A stretch of 40,939 nt of DNA, from positions 1-40,939 of IMG/VR virus record IMGVR_UViG_3300038379_000537; one strand, 5' to 3'. Positions 17,568 to 25,227 of the stretch are shown here, one piece after another. Both the position numbers and the translations under genes were made by a program. Below the pieces are notes generated by a model, which saw only the letters and a program-made list of their open reading frames with translations, was not told the origin of the DNA and did no database searches. The stretch is from a virus. Lineage: Duplodnaviria; Caudoviricetes. Numbering within the stretch: the stretch's first letter is position 1; each line of letters opens with the position of its first letter.

Positions 17568-17581
17568 CAAAAGGAGGCAAT

Positions 17582-17761
17582 ATGTCCATTTTCGATCCAC
17601 CCTCAGACCCGTATGGCGATGAGAAGTGCTGTCTTATTTGCGATGCCCTTCTCGAGTACAATCCACTGACCCGGACCTGGGAATGCACCCATGACCATGA
17701 CGAGTGCCATGAGTGCGACGCAACCGAAATTATCGATCCCGCCGGCCGGCCGGGCGGCTGA
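17582..17761 (+). CDS. Small Cys/His-rich protein
   Basis: AGGAGG SD; CLIC..CHEC. Confidence 0.6.
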   Translation: MSIFDPPSDPYGDEKCCLICDALLEYNPLTRTWECTHDHDECHECDATEIIDPAGRPGG

Positions 17762-17762
17762 A

Positions 17763-18227
17763 ATGGACTCCCCATGGATCAGAATTGAAGGCGAGATACA
17801 TAGCAGCAAAAATTCCAGGCGCATACTAATAAACAACAAAACCGGGCGGCCGTTTGTCGCCAAATCGAAAGCATCAAAATCCGATGAATCGTTGTTTTCC
17901 GTGCAACTGGCATCTCAAAGAGATGCATGGGAAAAGATGATCCTGAATTGTGAATACCCCATTGTCGTTGTTTTCTCATTTCGCAGGGCAACCCGCAGAA
18001 AGTTCGATTATACGAACATGACACAGGGAATTTTGGATGCGATGGTGAAAGAAAAATACATCCCGGATGATTGCGCAGATTATGTTATACCGTTTTTCGT
18101 ACCGTATATTGTTGGAAATCCGGGTTGCGACATTACGGTTATGGAAAAGGGCATGTATCTGACAATCTTGCAGATGGCGGGTGTTTTCCCGCTTGCCGCC
18201 AATGTCGCCGGAGGCAAAGATGCGTGA
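17763..18227 (+). CDS. rusA: RusA-like Holliday junction resolvase
   Basis: IEGEIHSSKNSR, RRKFDYTN..GILDAM..IPDD motifs. Confidence 0.8.
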   Translation: MDSPWIRIEGEIHSSKNSRRILINNKTGRPFVAKSKASKSDESLFSVQLASQRDAWEKMILNCEYPIVVVFSFRRATRRKFDYTNMTQGILDAMVKEKYIPDDCADYVIPFFVPYIVGNPGCDITVMEKGMYLTILQMAGVFPLAANVAGGKDA

Positions 18228-18792
18228 ATTAGTGTCAACAGTCCTGAGGCCAATCACCGTTTCCGAAATCTGGGAAATTGCGGGAGAGGCCGCCTGTAAC
18301 CGTTGGGAGGCTCTCGGACAGACCGCCTCAAAGGTCAATTGGGCGTACGGCGCGGAGGCCGAAGCCTTGATCGTCGAGGGAATGCCGGCCATGCAGGTGT
18401 ATAAGGCGATTGCAATCAAGGCCGGCGTGTCCTCGCAGACCGTGCGCAAGTCGTATAATGTCTACATGGCATTCGGCGAGGCTGTCCGCAGGAAATACGA
18501 GCTTTGTCCGTACTCGGCATTTCGAATTGCCCACGGACAGAAGGACCCCGAAGAAGTCCTGAAATATTATCAGGACAGGCGTTGCAGCATTGACGAGCTG
18601 AAGGAAGTGTTCCCGCCCATGAATGACGTGAACGGCGGCAAACACAAGCGGTTTGTATCGTCGGGATACCCCCGATATTTTTGGGGCATCCTGCGCGAGG
18701 TCTACGGCTCGCCCAGGGAGCGTGAGGCTTTGGAGCACCTGGACGCGCTGGCCAGGATAATCAAGGAGCTGAACGATGAAAAATCCGATTGA
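18220..18792 (+). CDS. Hypothetical protein
   Basis: GGAGG SD; coupled to neighbours. Confidence 0.7.
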   Translation: MRELVSTVLRPITVSEIWEIAGEAACNRWEALGQTASKVNWAYGAEAEALIVEGMPAMQVYKAIAIKAGVSSQTVRKSYNVYMAFGEAVRRKYELCPYSAFRIAHGQKDPEEVLKYYQDRRCSIDELKEVFPPMNDVNGGKHKRFVSSGYPRYFWGILREVYGSPREREALEHLDALARIIKELNDEKSD

Positions 18793-19069
18793 TTTGTTGA
18801 TCGAAGAGGACATTGCCCGGAACCGATTCCAGGCCGCGCATATTATAAACGGTCTGAAACTGTGGGAGTTGGAAACGGACGAGGAACGCCTGGAACGTGC
18901 CCGTCTGTACCGCGACTGGCGCAACTCCAAAATCTATCCGGAGAAGGACACTGCGTCATGTTATTGGCAGGCCATCGGCGGGATTCCCGTTCCGCAGCTG
19001 GAACTGATCCGCGGAACACTGCACACCCATGCGGAATCTTCGGGTGACGAAAATAGGAGGGCCAAATGA
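18776..19069 (+). CDS. Hypothetical protein
   Basis: AAGGAG SD; operon-coupled. Confidence 0.65.
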   Translation: MKNPIDLLIEEDIARNRFQAAHIINGLKLWELETDEERLERARLYRDWRNSKIYPEKDTASCYWQAIGGIPVPQLELIRGTLHTHAESSGDENRRAK

Positions 19070-19329
19070 AGTACGTAAAGGTAAGTCTCATTTTGGAGTG
19101 TGACGGCCAGCCGATCTTTGACGATCTGGTCGATGAGATCGTCGAATGGATGATGAAAAATAACCTGCGGGGGTCCGTCGGCCTGCAACCGATCACTGAC
19201 GACGATCTCACCCCTGCCGCCGTCATCGCCGAACACCTGGACGCCATACGCGTCGAGTTGGTCGGCATATGGCGGGAGTGGGTCCGCAAACTCGGGCGGG
19301 TGAGCTGCAACGCTGGGGAGAACCTATGA
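19066..19329 (+). CDS. Hypothetical protein
   Basis: AGGAGG SD; ATGA overlaps. Confidence 0.65.
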   Translation: MKYVKVSLILECDGQPIFDDLVDEIVEWMMKNNLRGSVGLQPITDDDLTPAAVIAEHLDAIRVELVGIWREWVRKLGRVSCNAGENL

Positions 19330-19586
19330 AAAAGACGATGCGCAGGCTTATCCGAACCTGGAAGGACTGTATCGATTACCGCCTGGTGGAAATTGCGGCA
19401 CGTGAATGCGGGGCGGCAATCAAAAACGGCCGCGGGGACCATAAAATGCTCCGGCTCAACGGCTTTGCCGTCACATACTACACGAGTCACAAAATGTCCA
19501 TCGGTGTGGCCCGGGAGGTGTTCAAGTTTTTCCTCCGAGCCGGGGCTGTAGCCTTGTTGGTTGCCGGTCTGATCCTGACAGCTTAG
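19326..19586 (+). CDS. Possible HicA-like protein with hydrophobic C-terminus
   Basis: NGRGDHKML resembles the HicA GSH motif; MSIGVAREVFK resembles the HicA C-terminal helix. Confidence 0.4.
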   Translation: MKKTMRRLIRTWKDCIDYRLVEIAARECGAAIKNGRGDHKMLRLNGFAVTYYTSHKMSIGVAREVFKFFLRAGAVALLVAGLILTA

Positions 19587-19594
19587 AAAGTCCG

Positions 19595-19622
19595 TGTACA
19601 TTCTGTATAAACATAGTTGTGC
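19595..19622 (+). other. attI-like recombination site B
   Basis: TGTACATTCTGTATAAACATAG|TT; its GTTGTGCGC is the reverse complement of GCGCACAAC (24022-24030), which opens the next attC. Confidence 0.75.
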
Positions 19623-19649
19623 GCTTGTTGCGAAAGGATAGGTGTCCCT

Positions 19650-19820
19650 ATAATTTGCTCAAATATTTACGGCGTGGTGCGTGATAACCCTGGCATTCGG
19701 GCGGGCAAAATCGCCGCCTTGCTAAACGTCCAACGCTCACAGATAACCCGCGCGTTGCCGCAAATGCAAAGGCGCGGATACTTATTGAGCGAATATAAAA
19801 ACAGGTTATTTGCTTTCTGA
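19650..19820 (+). CDS. Small winged-HTH (MarR-like) protein; start uncertain, possibly truncated
   Basis: VRDNPGIRAGKIAALLNVQRSQITRALPQMQRRGYLLSE HTH pattern; no clear in-frame ATG. Confidence 0.55.
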   Translation: MICSNIYGVVRDNPGIRAGKIAALLNVQRSQITRALPQMQRRGYLLSEYKNRLFAF

Positions 19821-19850
19821 AACCTGAATGAACCTAAAAGGAAAAATGAA

Positions 19851-21353
19851 ATGAAACTTACAAATGATACCGTAACAAAAGTTGTCTCTGTGCTTGGCTC
19901 AATGATGAACAGCGCAACCGTCACTGGCAAGGGGAACAAACTTGATTTTTATGCCGACAGAGTACGGCAGGCAACGACAAAGCCTGATTTGGTAACTACC
20001 CTGAATCGCTTCGGAGAATTGCTCGGCTCATCCGCTTTGCAGGGCGAAGATTTGAAAAATCTTTTGCTGGCTGGAAAAGCGCAGGACGCAAAAGCGGTTT
20101 ATCAATGGTTGCGCGAATTGCCGCGTTTGCCAGTTGGAATCGCAAAAGAAAAATTGGCAGACCAGCCCGCGTTGATTGAAGCAGTTTGCGACACATACGA
20201 GGCGCAGGAAGTCGCCATCGGCGCACTTAAGCCGCGCCCGAAATTTGACATTAATATGACCGCCACAGTTTTACAGGCTTTATCTCATGGCGCAGATACC
20301 AAAGCGGGAAACGCTACGCTATTTCGCCGCGCAAAAGTTCGGGGCGGAATGGAATTACCTTTCTTTTCCGCGAATGCAATTGGCGGCATTATGCGTGATT
20401 TGCTTTCCGACCATTTCACCGTTGCGATGGGGTTCAAGGTTGACCGCGCCGACCCAATTTGGGATACATGGTTTTTCCATCTGCTATATAGCGGCGGCAT
20501 TATGCAAGATGGATATATCCCCAAAGAATTTGAGCGCGTTCTTACTGGCGCGGCGGCTGGAACTGTCCGCAGTGATGGCGTGCGTCAGTTGCGCTCCATG
20601 CTTCCGTTCTTCTCTGTTCTTGGTGGCGTTGGAAAGCATCCCATCGAAGGTTATATTTTCATAAATGACCTTCGCCCCAAATGTATTGAATGGGGAAACG
20701 GCGGAGAAAAGTCAGTCAACAGCATGATGGACTGGCGTTATATCACGCGCCCTGATAACTACGAAGGACGTACCAGCAAGGCGCAGAAAGAATCGGGCGA
20801 TACAGCCAGCGACGACACTCAAAACACTTCGATGATTGCAAATGCGGAATGCTTGCAGGAAGGCGAAGTCTTGGAAGGCGGATTTTTCCTATCCAGCCAC
20901 ATGACAGAAATCGAACGCGCCGCGCTGTATAAAGGTTTGACCCTGCTCAAAGAATATGGCTATCTTGGCGCAAAGGGTCATCGCGGATATGGCTTGTGTG
21001 CAATTGACTATCAAACTGATTTGGTCATTGACCCCAAGCCATATGATGATTATCTCGCCGCGAACAAGGATGAAATTATCGGCTACCTGAAAGGCATTGG
21101 CGCGTTTCCGAAGGCAGAGAAGGCAAAGAAAGAAACTCAGAGTAAAAAGCAAGAGAAGATTTTCAGTAGCGATGGAGCGTATGACGCCACTAATGATGTT
21201 GCAAGAATCATTCGTGTGTGCGCGACGCATGGAGATAGTTTTACACCCGAAGAAGCACGTGACAGATGGGAAGATATATCAAGTGGTATTGCTGGATGGC
21301 TATCACTTCCAGTATCAGATGATGAACTTTACGAATACTTCGAGAAACGCTAA
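19851..21353 (+). CDS. csf2: Type IV Cas7-like RAMP (Csf2) with N-terminal Cas11-like helical domain and C-terminal extension
   Basis: ALSHG..GNATLFRR, LPFFSANAIGGIMRD, FHLLYSGG, LRSMLPFFSVLGG, and G-rich loop LGAKGHRGYG characteristic of Csf2/Cas7. Confidence 0.85.
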   Translation: MKLTNDTVTKVVSVLGSMMNSATVTGKGNKLDFYADRVRQATTKPDLVTTLNRFGELLGSSALQGEDLKNLLLAGKAQDAKAVYQWLRELPRLPVGIAKEKLADQPALIEAVCDTYEAQEVAIGALKPRPKFDINMTATVLQALSHGADTKAGNATLFRRAKVRGGMELPFFSANAIGGIMRDLLSDHFTVAMGFKVDRADPIWDTWFFHLLYSGGIMQDGYIPKEFERVLTGAAAGTVRSDGVRQLRSMLPFFSVLGGVGKHPIEGYIFINDLRPKCIEWGNGGEKSVNSMMDWRYITRPDNYEGRTSKAQKESGDTASDDTQNTSMIANAECLQEGEVLEGGFFLSSHMTEIERAALYKGLTLLKEYGYLGAKGHRGYGLCAIDYQTDLVIDPKPYDDYLAANKDEIIGYLKGIGAFPKAEKAKKETQSKKQEKIFSSDGAYDATNDVARIIRVCATHGDSFTPEEARDRWEDISSGIAGWLSLPVSDDELYEYFEKR

Positions 21354-21354
21354 C

Positions 21355-22089
21355 ATGCACGCCACAGACCTAATTGCAACGTGCATGACGGACGAACAGA
21401 AAGAGCCGCTTCCCGAAGCGGCTCAAACTGGCGTTTGCTGTGTATCAGGCGCGGAAACGCTGACCATCCAGCGCAAGCATTTATTCGGCGCAAACTTCAA
21501 CGACCTGAATATTCTCGTATGCCCCGACTCTTCACGAGTCGGGGTGAATGTCTGGTATGCGTTCAAGTTCGGGGAGCCTGGCATAAACCCAGAAACAGGC
21601 GAAGTGAACAAGCGTAAGAAGTACAAAGAAATGCAGATGTGTTGGTGGACGGATGGCGAAACATTCCGTGAGATGAACAAGGCAAAAATCCGCGAATTGG
21701 TTTTGCGCGGAACGACGTCAAAGCGTTGGGCGGGATGGGTTACTACATCCTATAAAAAGCATGGCTCTTTGCGCTCGCCTGTCAACAATACACCTTTTGG
21801 CATTTGGGGCTTCGATGGTTTGCAAGTCCGCGCCAATGACAAAGAGCAAGTATTGACAATGTGGGCAAAATTGCGAGACGCGCAAAAGAACGGCATTGGG
21901 CGCACAGGCATCGAGACGCTTGATATTCCAGTCCCCATCATGTCTAAAGTTGGAATTGTATTTTGCAACGATTTTATCTTGTGGGCGCGTCCGCTTGTTC
22001 AATCGCCGTTATATCAATTCCTGACTTATCTTTTGCCAAGTCAGGAAGAATTGAAAGAAGGGTACAGCGATGAAAATTTGTATGATTGA
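21355..22089 (+). CDS. csf1: Type IV Cas8-like large subunit (Csf1-like)
   Basis: N-terminal GVCCVSG..FGANFND..CPDS (degenerate Zn finger), SYKKHGSLRSPVN motif; size and position between csf2 and csf3. Confidence 0.7.
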   Translation: MHATDLIATCMTDEQKEPLPEAAQTGVCCVSGAETLTIQRKHLFGANFNDLNILVCPDSSRVGVNVWYAFKFGEPGINPETGEVNKRKKYKEMQMCWWTDGETFREMNKAKIRELVLRGTTSKRWAGWVTTSYKKHGSLRSPVNNTPFGIWGFDGLQVRANDKEQVLTMWAKLRDAQKNGIGRTGIETLDIPVPIMSKVGIVFCNDFILWARPLVQSPLYQFLTYLLPSQEELKEGYSDENLYD

Positions 22090-23332
22090 ATCTGTCCACG
22101 ATGAAGATACAGGGTCAATTGGACCTTACTTCGTGGCGGAAGCCGTGCGATCTTTAGGGCATACTGTTGACGTAATTCCTTTCGACTCTCCACGCCGACA
22201 TTATGACGTTGAATTGATTAGCGTGCATCATCCAGCCAGTTACCCTGTTTTTCAACAAACCCCGAAGCATGGAAAAATAAGAATCGTCGGCGGACACGTT
22301 ACCTATACAGACCCGCGTCCGCTTATACCTTTGAGTGACGTTGTTTGCGTTGGAGATGGGGAAGTGTGGATAAAGGACATCATACAAAAGATTGACGCAG
22401 ACCGCGATTATCTGAAAAAGGTTGAACATATCGAAGGCGCAATCTTGCCTGAATTTTGGAGCGTTGGCGATATACTTCCGCATCCCAACTTTATTCGTCC
22501 GCTGCTTAATAACCCGCCGTATCTAAGCAAGCCAGGAACATACAAGGCGGCTTGGTATGTTGAGATAGCAAGGGGATGTCCGTTTAGTTGCTCTTACTGC
22601 GAAGTGGGCAACTCTATGCCATACCGTCTCCACAAACTTGACGAAATTATTGAGACAATCAAAACGCTTGATACAAATCAGGCAAATAAAATTGTGTTCT
22701 TTGCTCCTGACGAAGCCAGTTATCCGAAATATGGCGAGTTGGTAAAAGTGGCGAAAGCGCACGGGATGCGGCAAGTTGTAGGGCTTTACCGCCTTGACCA
22801 AATTATGCGGCACGATTTGCAATTTGAACCTAATCAACTTATAAAAGTTGGAATAGATGGATTGTCAGAGCGTATGCGTTATCAAAATAAACGTCGAATT
22901 TCCAACGAAAATATTTATGATTACTTCAAACTTCTTACTTCGCGTGGTCATAAGTTTTTTAAGGCATACCAATTATTCAGCCTGCCGAACGAAACAGAAG
23001 ATGATTTTTACGAATGGGAAGCGCTTATGGAACGAGTGCGGGCTATCCCTGTTCGTGAAACGGTTAAGTTTATGATTGCCTGGTCTCCATTGATTCCACG
23101 TCCTAAAACGCCTTTCGCAAACGAAACTCCGCATTACGACACGAAGGTAGCAAAGTTAATAAAAAATTGGCATAAGCGCGTTGCAGTGCCAGATAGCGAT
23201 CCAGGCTGGCAAATTGACTTTGAACGAATGCAGGGAACAAAAACATATCAAAAAAATGTAGAGATGTATTCTGGAAACGAGTTGTCTTTGATTGAAGGCG
23301 CAAGTTATATACATCCTGCTTGGAGACAATAA
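22070..23332 (+). CDS. B12-binding-domain radical SAM enzyme
   Basis: EIARGCPFSCSYC (CxxxCxxC); N-terminal IVGGHVT..DVVCVGDGE cobalamin-binding-like domain; GIDGLSERMR, LPNETEDD, PLIPRPKTPF. Confidence 0.9.
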   Translation: MKICMIESVHDEDTGSIGPYFVAEAVRSLGHTVDVIPFDSPRRHYDVELISVHHPASYPVFQQTPKHGKIRIVGGHVTYTDPRPLIPLSDVVCVGDGEVWIKDIIQKIDADRDYLKKVEHIEGAILPEFWSVGDILPHPNFIRPLLNNPPYLSKPGTYKAAWYVEIARGCPFSCSYCEVGNSMPYRLHKLDEIIETIKTLDTNQANKIVFFAPDEASYPKYGELVKVAKAHGMRQVVGLYRLDQIMRHDLQFEPNQLIKVGIDGLSERMRYQNKRRISNENIYDYFKLLTSRGHKFFKAYQLFSLPNETEDDFYEWEALMERVRAIPVRETVKFMIAWSPLIPRPKTPFANETPHYDTKVAKLIKNWHKRVAVPDSDPGWQIDFERMQGTKTYQKNVEMYSGNELSLIEGASYIHPAWRQ

Positions 23333-24012
23333 TGAGCAAACCTAAATTGAATCCGTTGAAAGTCACGTTTGAAATGGACATTGCAGGCGCGATATATGAC
23401 CCGTTTGTTCCGCCGACATTGGACGGTATCATTGATTGGTGTCTCTCGCCGATGGTGAGACAATCCAAGTCTGCGCCGACGCGGGGCGGAGAACCCGAAG
23501 AAATCCGCCTACCATTTGGCACTTGGCGCGTTGGTAAACATTGGGGCTGGTGCGCGTCTGCCCTGCAACCGCTGGATGATGAAACCGTGATGACATCTAT
23601 CCGCTATTGGCGTAAGCGATTCCGCGAGAACAAAATATCAATGGTGAATGGTGTTATCAATACGCAAGCTGGAGCAATGCGCGATTACAACTTGCCTTTT
23701 GAAGTGCAACATCCAACATCATTAACGGCTTATTGTGTAGCAGACAGGCATACCATCCATGACCTTTTGCGCCGCAACTTGAAATACATCGCCAAGAAAA
23801 AACATCGCGGCATGGGATTGGTGACTGACTTTTCGGTTGAGATTATTGCAGATGATTACTCTTTGATGTGCGACGGTAAAGCAATGCGCTGGTTGCCGAC
23901 TGCGGAAGGCTTGCGCGAAGTCCGCTTGCGCCCGCCATATTGGAATAATAACGAGCGCGTGGCGTGTTGCGAAGTTGGAGACGAGTATCATGGCGCAATC
24001 AGTCAACCGTAA
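23332..24012 (+). CDS. csf3: Type IV Cas5-like RAMP (Csf3)
   Basis: PLKVTFEM..TLDGII, WCASAL, YWRKRF, C-terminal G-loop YIAKKKHRGMGLV, RWLP..RPPYW; TAATG overlap with the radical SAM stop. Confidence 0.82.
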   Translation: MSKPKLNPLKVTFEMDIAGAIYDPFVPPTLDGIIDWCLSPMVRQSKSAPTRGGEPEEIRLPFGTWRVGKHWGWCASALQPLDDETVMTSIRYWRKRFRENKISMVNGVINTQAGAMRDYNLPFEVQHPTSLTAYCVADRHTIHDLLRRNLKYIAKKKHRGMGLVTDFSVEIIADDYSLMCDGKAMRWLPTAEGLREVRLRPPYWNNNERVACCEVGDEYHGAISQP

Positions 24013-24023
24013 AAACAAAACGC

Positions 24024-24150
24024 GCACAACACCGCTTGCACCCGACAAGTGGGATTCTGTGCCTTTTCTGGCATTGTCCACGCTTTGAGTTTTTCCACAT
24101 CTCGAAGTTTATCCAAGCCCGCCCACTTGCGGGTAAAGCAAAAGTTCGGC
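24024..24150 (+). repeat. attC site B1 (closes the Cas cassette)
   Basis: GCACAAC..GCTTGCACCCGACAAGTGGG / CCCACTTGCGGGTAAAGC..GTTCGGC. Confidence 0.9.
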
Positions 24151-24174
24151 GGCACGCCGAAGAAAGTAGGTAAC

Positions 24175-24405
24175 GTGGATTTTTCTTTCTGTAAATGTGG
24201 TCACTACCACTCGTCACATAGTTTCGGGAAAGGTTGTAGGTATTGCGATTGCAAATTAAGTGATGTCGAAGTTGTATCCGCGAACTCAGAAGCCGCCGAA
24301 CACCGTATGCACCTGACCGCCTTTGGCGTGGGTACTGCGGCGGTAATTCCCCTGCAAGCGTCACTGTTTGCGGATGACCAGCCCGCTACAATCGGCGGCA
24401 GGTAA
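24175..24405 (+). CDS. Cassette B2: small Cys/His protein
   Basis: GTG start; CKCGH..H..C..CDC; stop inside the attC. Confidence 0.6.
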   Translation: MDFSFCKCGHYHSSHSFGKGCRYCDCKLSDVEVVSANSEAAEHRMHLTAFGVGTAAVIPLQASLFADDQPATIGGR

Positions 24406-24420
24406 TGCAGTCCGTTGGAA
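24295..24420 (+). repeat. attC site B2
   Basis: GCCGAAC..GTATGCACCTGACCGCC / GGCGGCAGGTAATGC..GTTGGAA. Confidence 0.88.
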
Positions 24421-24430
24421 GGCTAAAGCG

Positions 24431-24973
24431 ATGTTGTATCCGATAATTTACGCAGACCCACCGTGGAGATATGAGTACCCTCCAATGGGCGCAAGTAACC
24501 GAAGTATTGAGAACCATTATCAAACCATGACCATCGATGAAATAAAGGCTATGAATATCCCTAGTGCAAGCAATGGCGTTCTTTTTTTGTGGGCAACCGC
24601 TCCGAAGTTGAAAGAGTGTATTGATGTAATGCTTGCTTGGGGTTATCAATATAGAACGTGCATGTCATGGGACAAAGAAGTTATTGGCATGGGTTACTGG
24701 TTTCGTAATCAGCATGAATTACTCCTTGTTGGCTTAAAAGGTAAGTTTTCTCCACCAGTGCCGTCGCAAAGAATGTCAAGTGTATGGCGCGAGAAGCGCA
24801 CGAAACACAGCAAGAAGCCAGATGGTATCCGTGAGTGGATAAGTTCCTGTTATCCCAATGTTCCAAAACTGGAGTTATTCGCTCGGCAAAGAGTTGAGGG
24901 TTGGGATGTGTTTGGGAACGAAGTAGAAGGTTCTATACGCCTTCCAACAAAGCGTGAACCCGACAAAAACTAG
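24431..24973 (+). CDS. MT-A70-family N6-adenine methyltransferase (cassette B3)
   Basis: IYADPPW, LFLWAT, GMGYWFRNQHELLLVG, HSKKP, KLELFAR, GWDVFGNE. Confidence 0.92.
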   Translation: MLYPIIYADPPWRYEYPPMGASNRSIENHYQTMTIDEIKAMNIPSASNGVLFLWATAPKLKECIDVMLAWGYQYRTCMSWDKEVIGMGYWFRNQHELLLVGLKGKFSPPVPSQRMSSVWREKRTKHSKKPDGIREWISSCYPNVPKLELFARQRVEGWDVFGNEVEGSIRLPTKREPDKN

Positions 24974-25035
24974 AGTCGGGCAAAATTATCAGGTTCGGCG
25001 TTCCCCGTTTTTGCGGGTTACGCAAGCCGTTGGGC
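24942..25035 (+). repeat. attC site B3
   Basis: GCCTTCCAAC (complement of cassette start GTTGGAAGGC)..GCGTGAACCCGACAAAAAC / GTTTTTGCGGGTTACGC..GTTGGGC. Confidence 0.9.
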
Positions 25036-25065
25036 GGCTCTTGCTCAACAGAAAAGGAAATTGAA

Positions 25066-25227
25066 ATGAGATTATTTTGCTGGTATTGTCACAAGTCTGT
25101 CAGCAGTGAATTACCCGATAATACAATTTTTAAGGGCGGGTCAAGGCCGGGACCCTTTGCCGGATCGCCAAAAGCGCCGGCCGGTGGGTCCCTTGCCGTC
25201 CAGACCTGCTGGATGCCCTTGGCCTGA
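25066..25227 (+). pseudogene. Truncated last cassette ORF (MRLFCWYCHK..)
   Basis: AAGGA SD; the AT-rich start switches abruptly to GC-rich sequence at about 25133; no attC follows. Confidence 0.45.

Larger units (their letters stand above)
14878..17570 (+). mobile_element. Integron-like gene cassette array A (about 9-10 small cassettes, no integrase)
   Basis: Co-oriented small ORFs, each ending in a full or partial attC; visibly more AT-rich than the flanks. Confidence 0.85.
19617..25135 (+). mobile_element. Integron-like cassette array B (Cas cassette 19617-24144, B2 24145-24414, MTase cassette 24415-25029, truncated B4)
   Basis: Three complete attC sites, each with R'' complementary to the GTT core that starts its own cassette. 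Confidence 0.85.

Noticed and set aside
15027-17570. attC hairpins read as terminators, REP elements or degenerate CRISPR repeats
   Set aside because: They lack U-tracts and have AAC/GTT cores, conserved unpaired bases and cassette-start complementarity, all specific to attC
21097-21354. Long N-terminal extension of Csf1 given by the ORF track
   Set aside because: It overlaps csf2 by ~255 nt; the ATG at 21355, just after the csf2 stop, is the more plausible start
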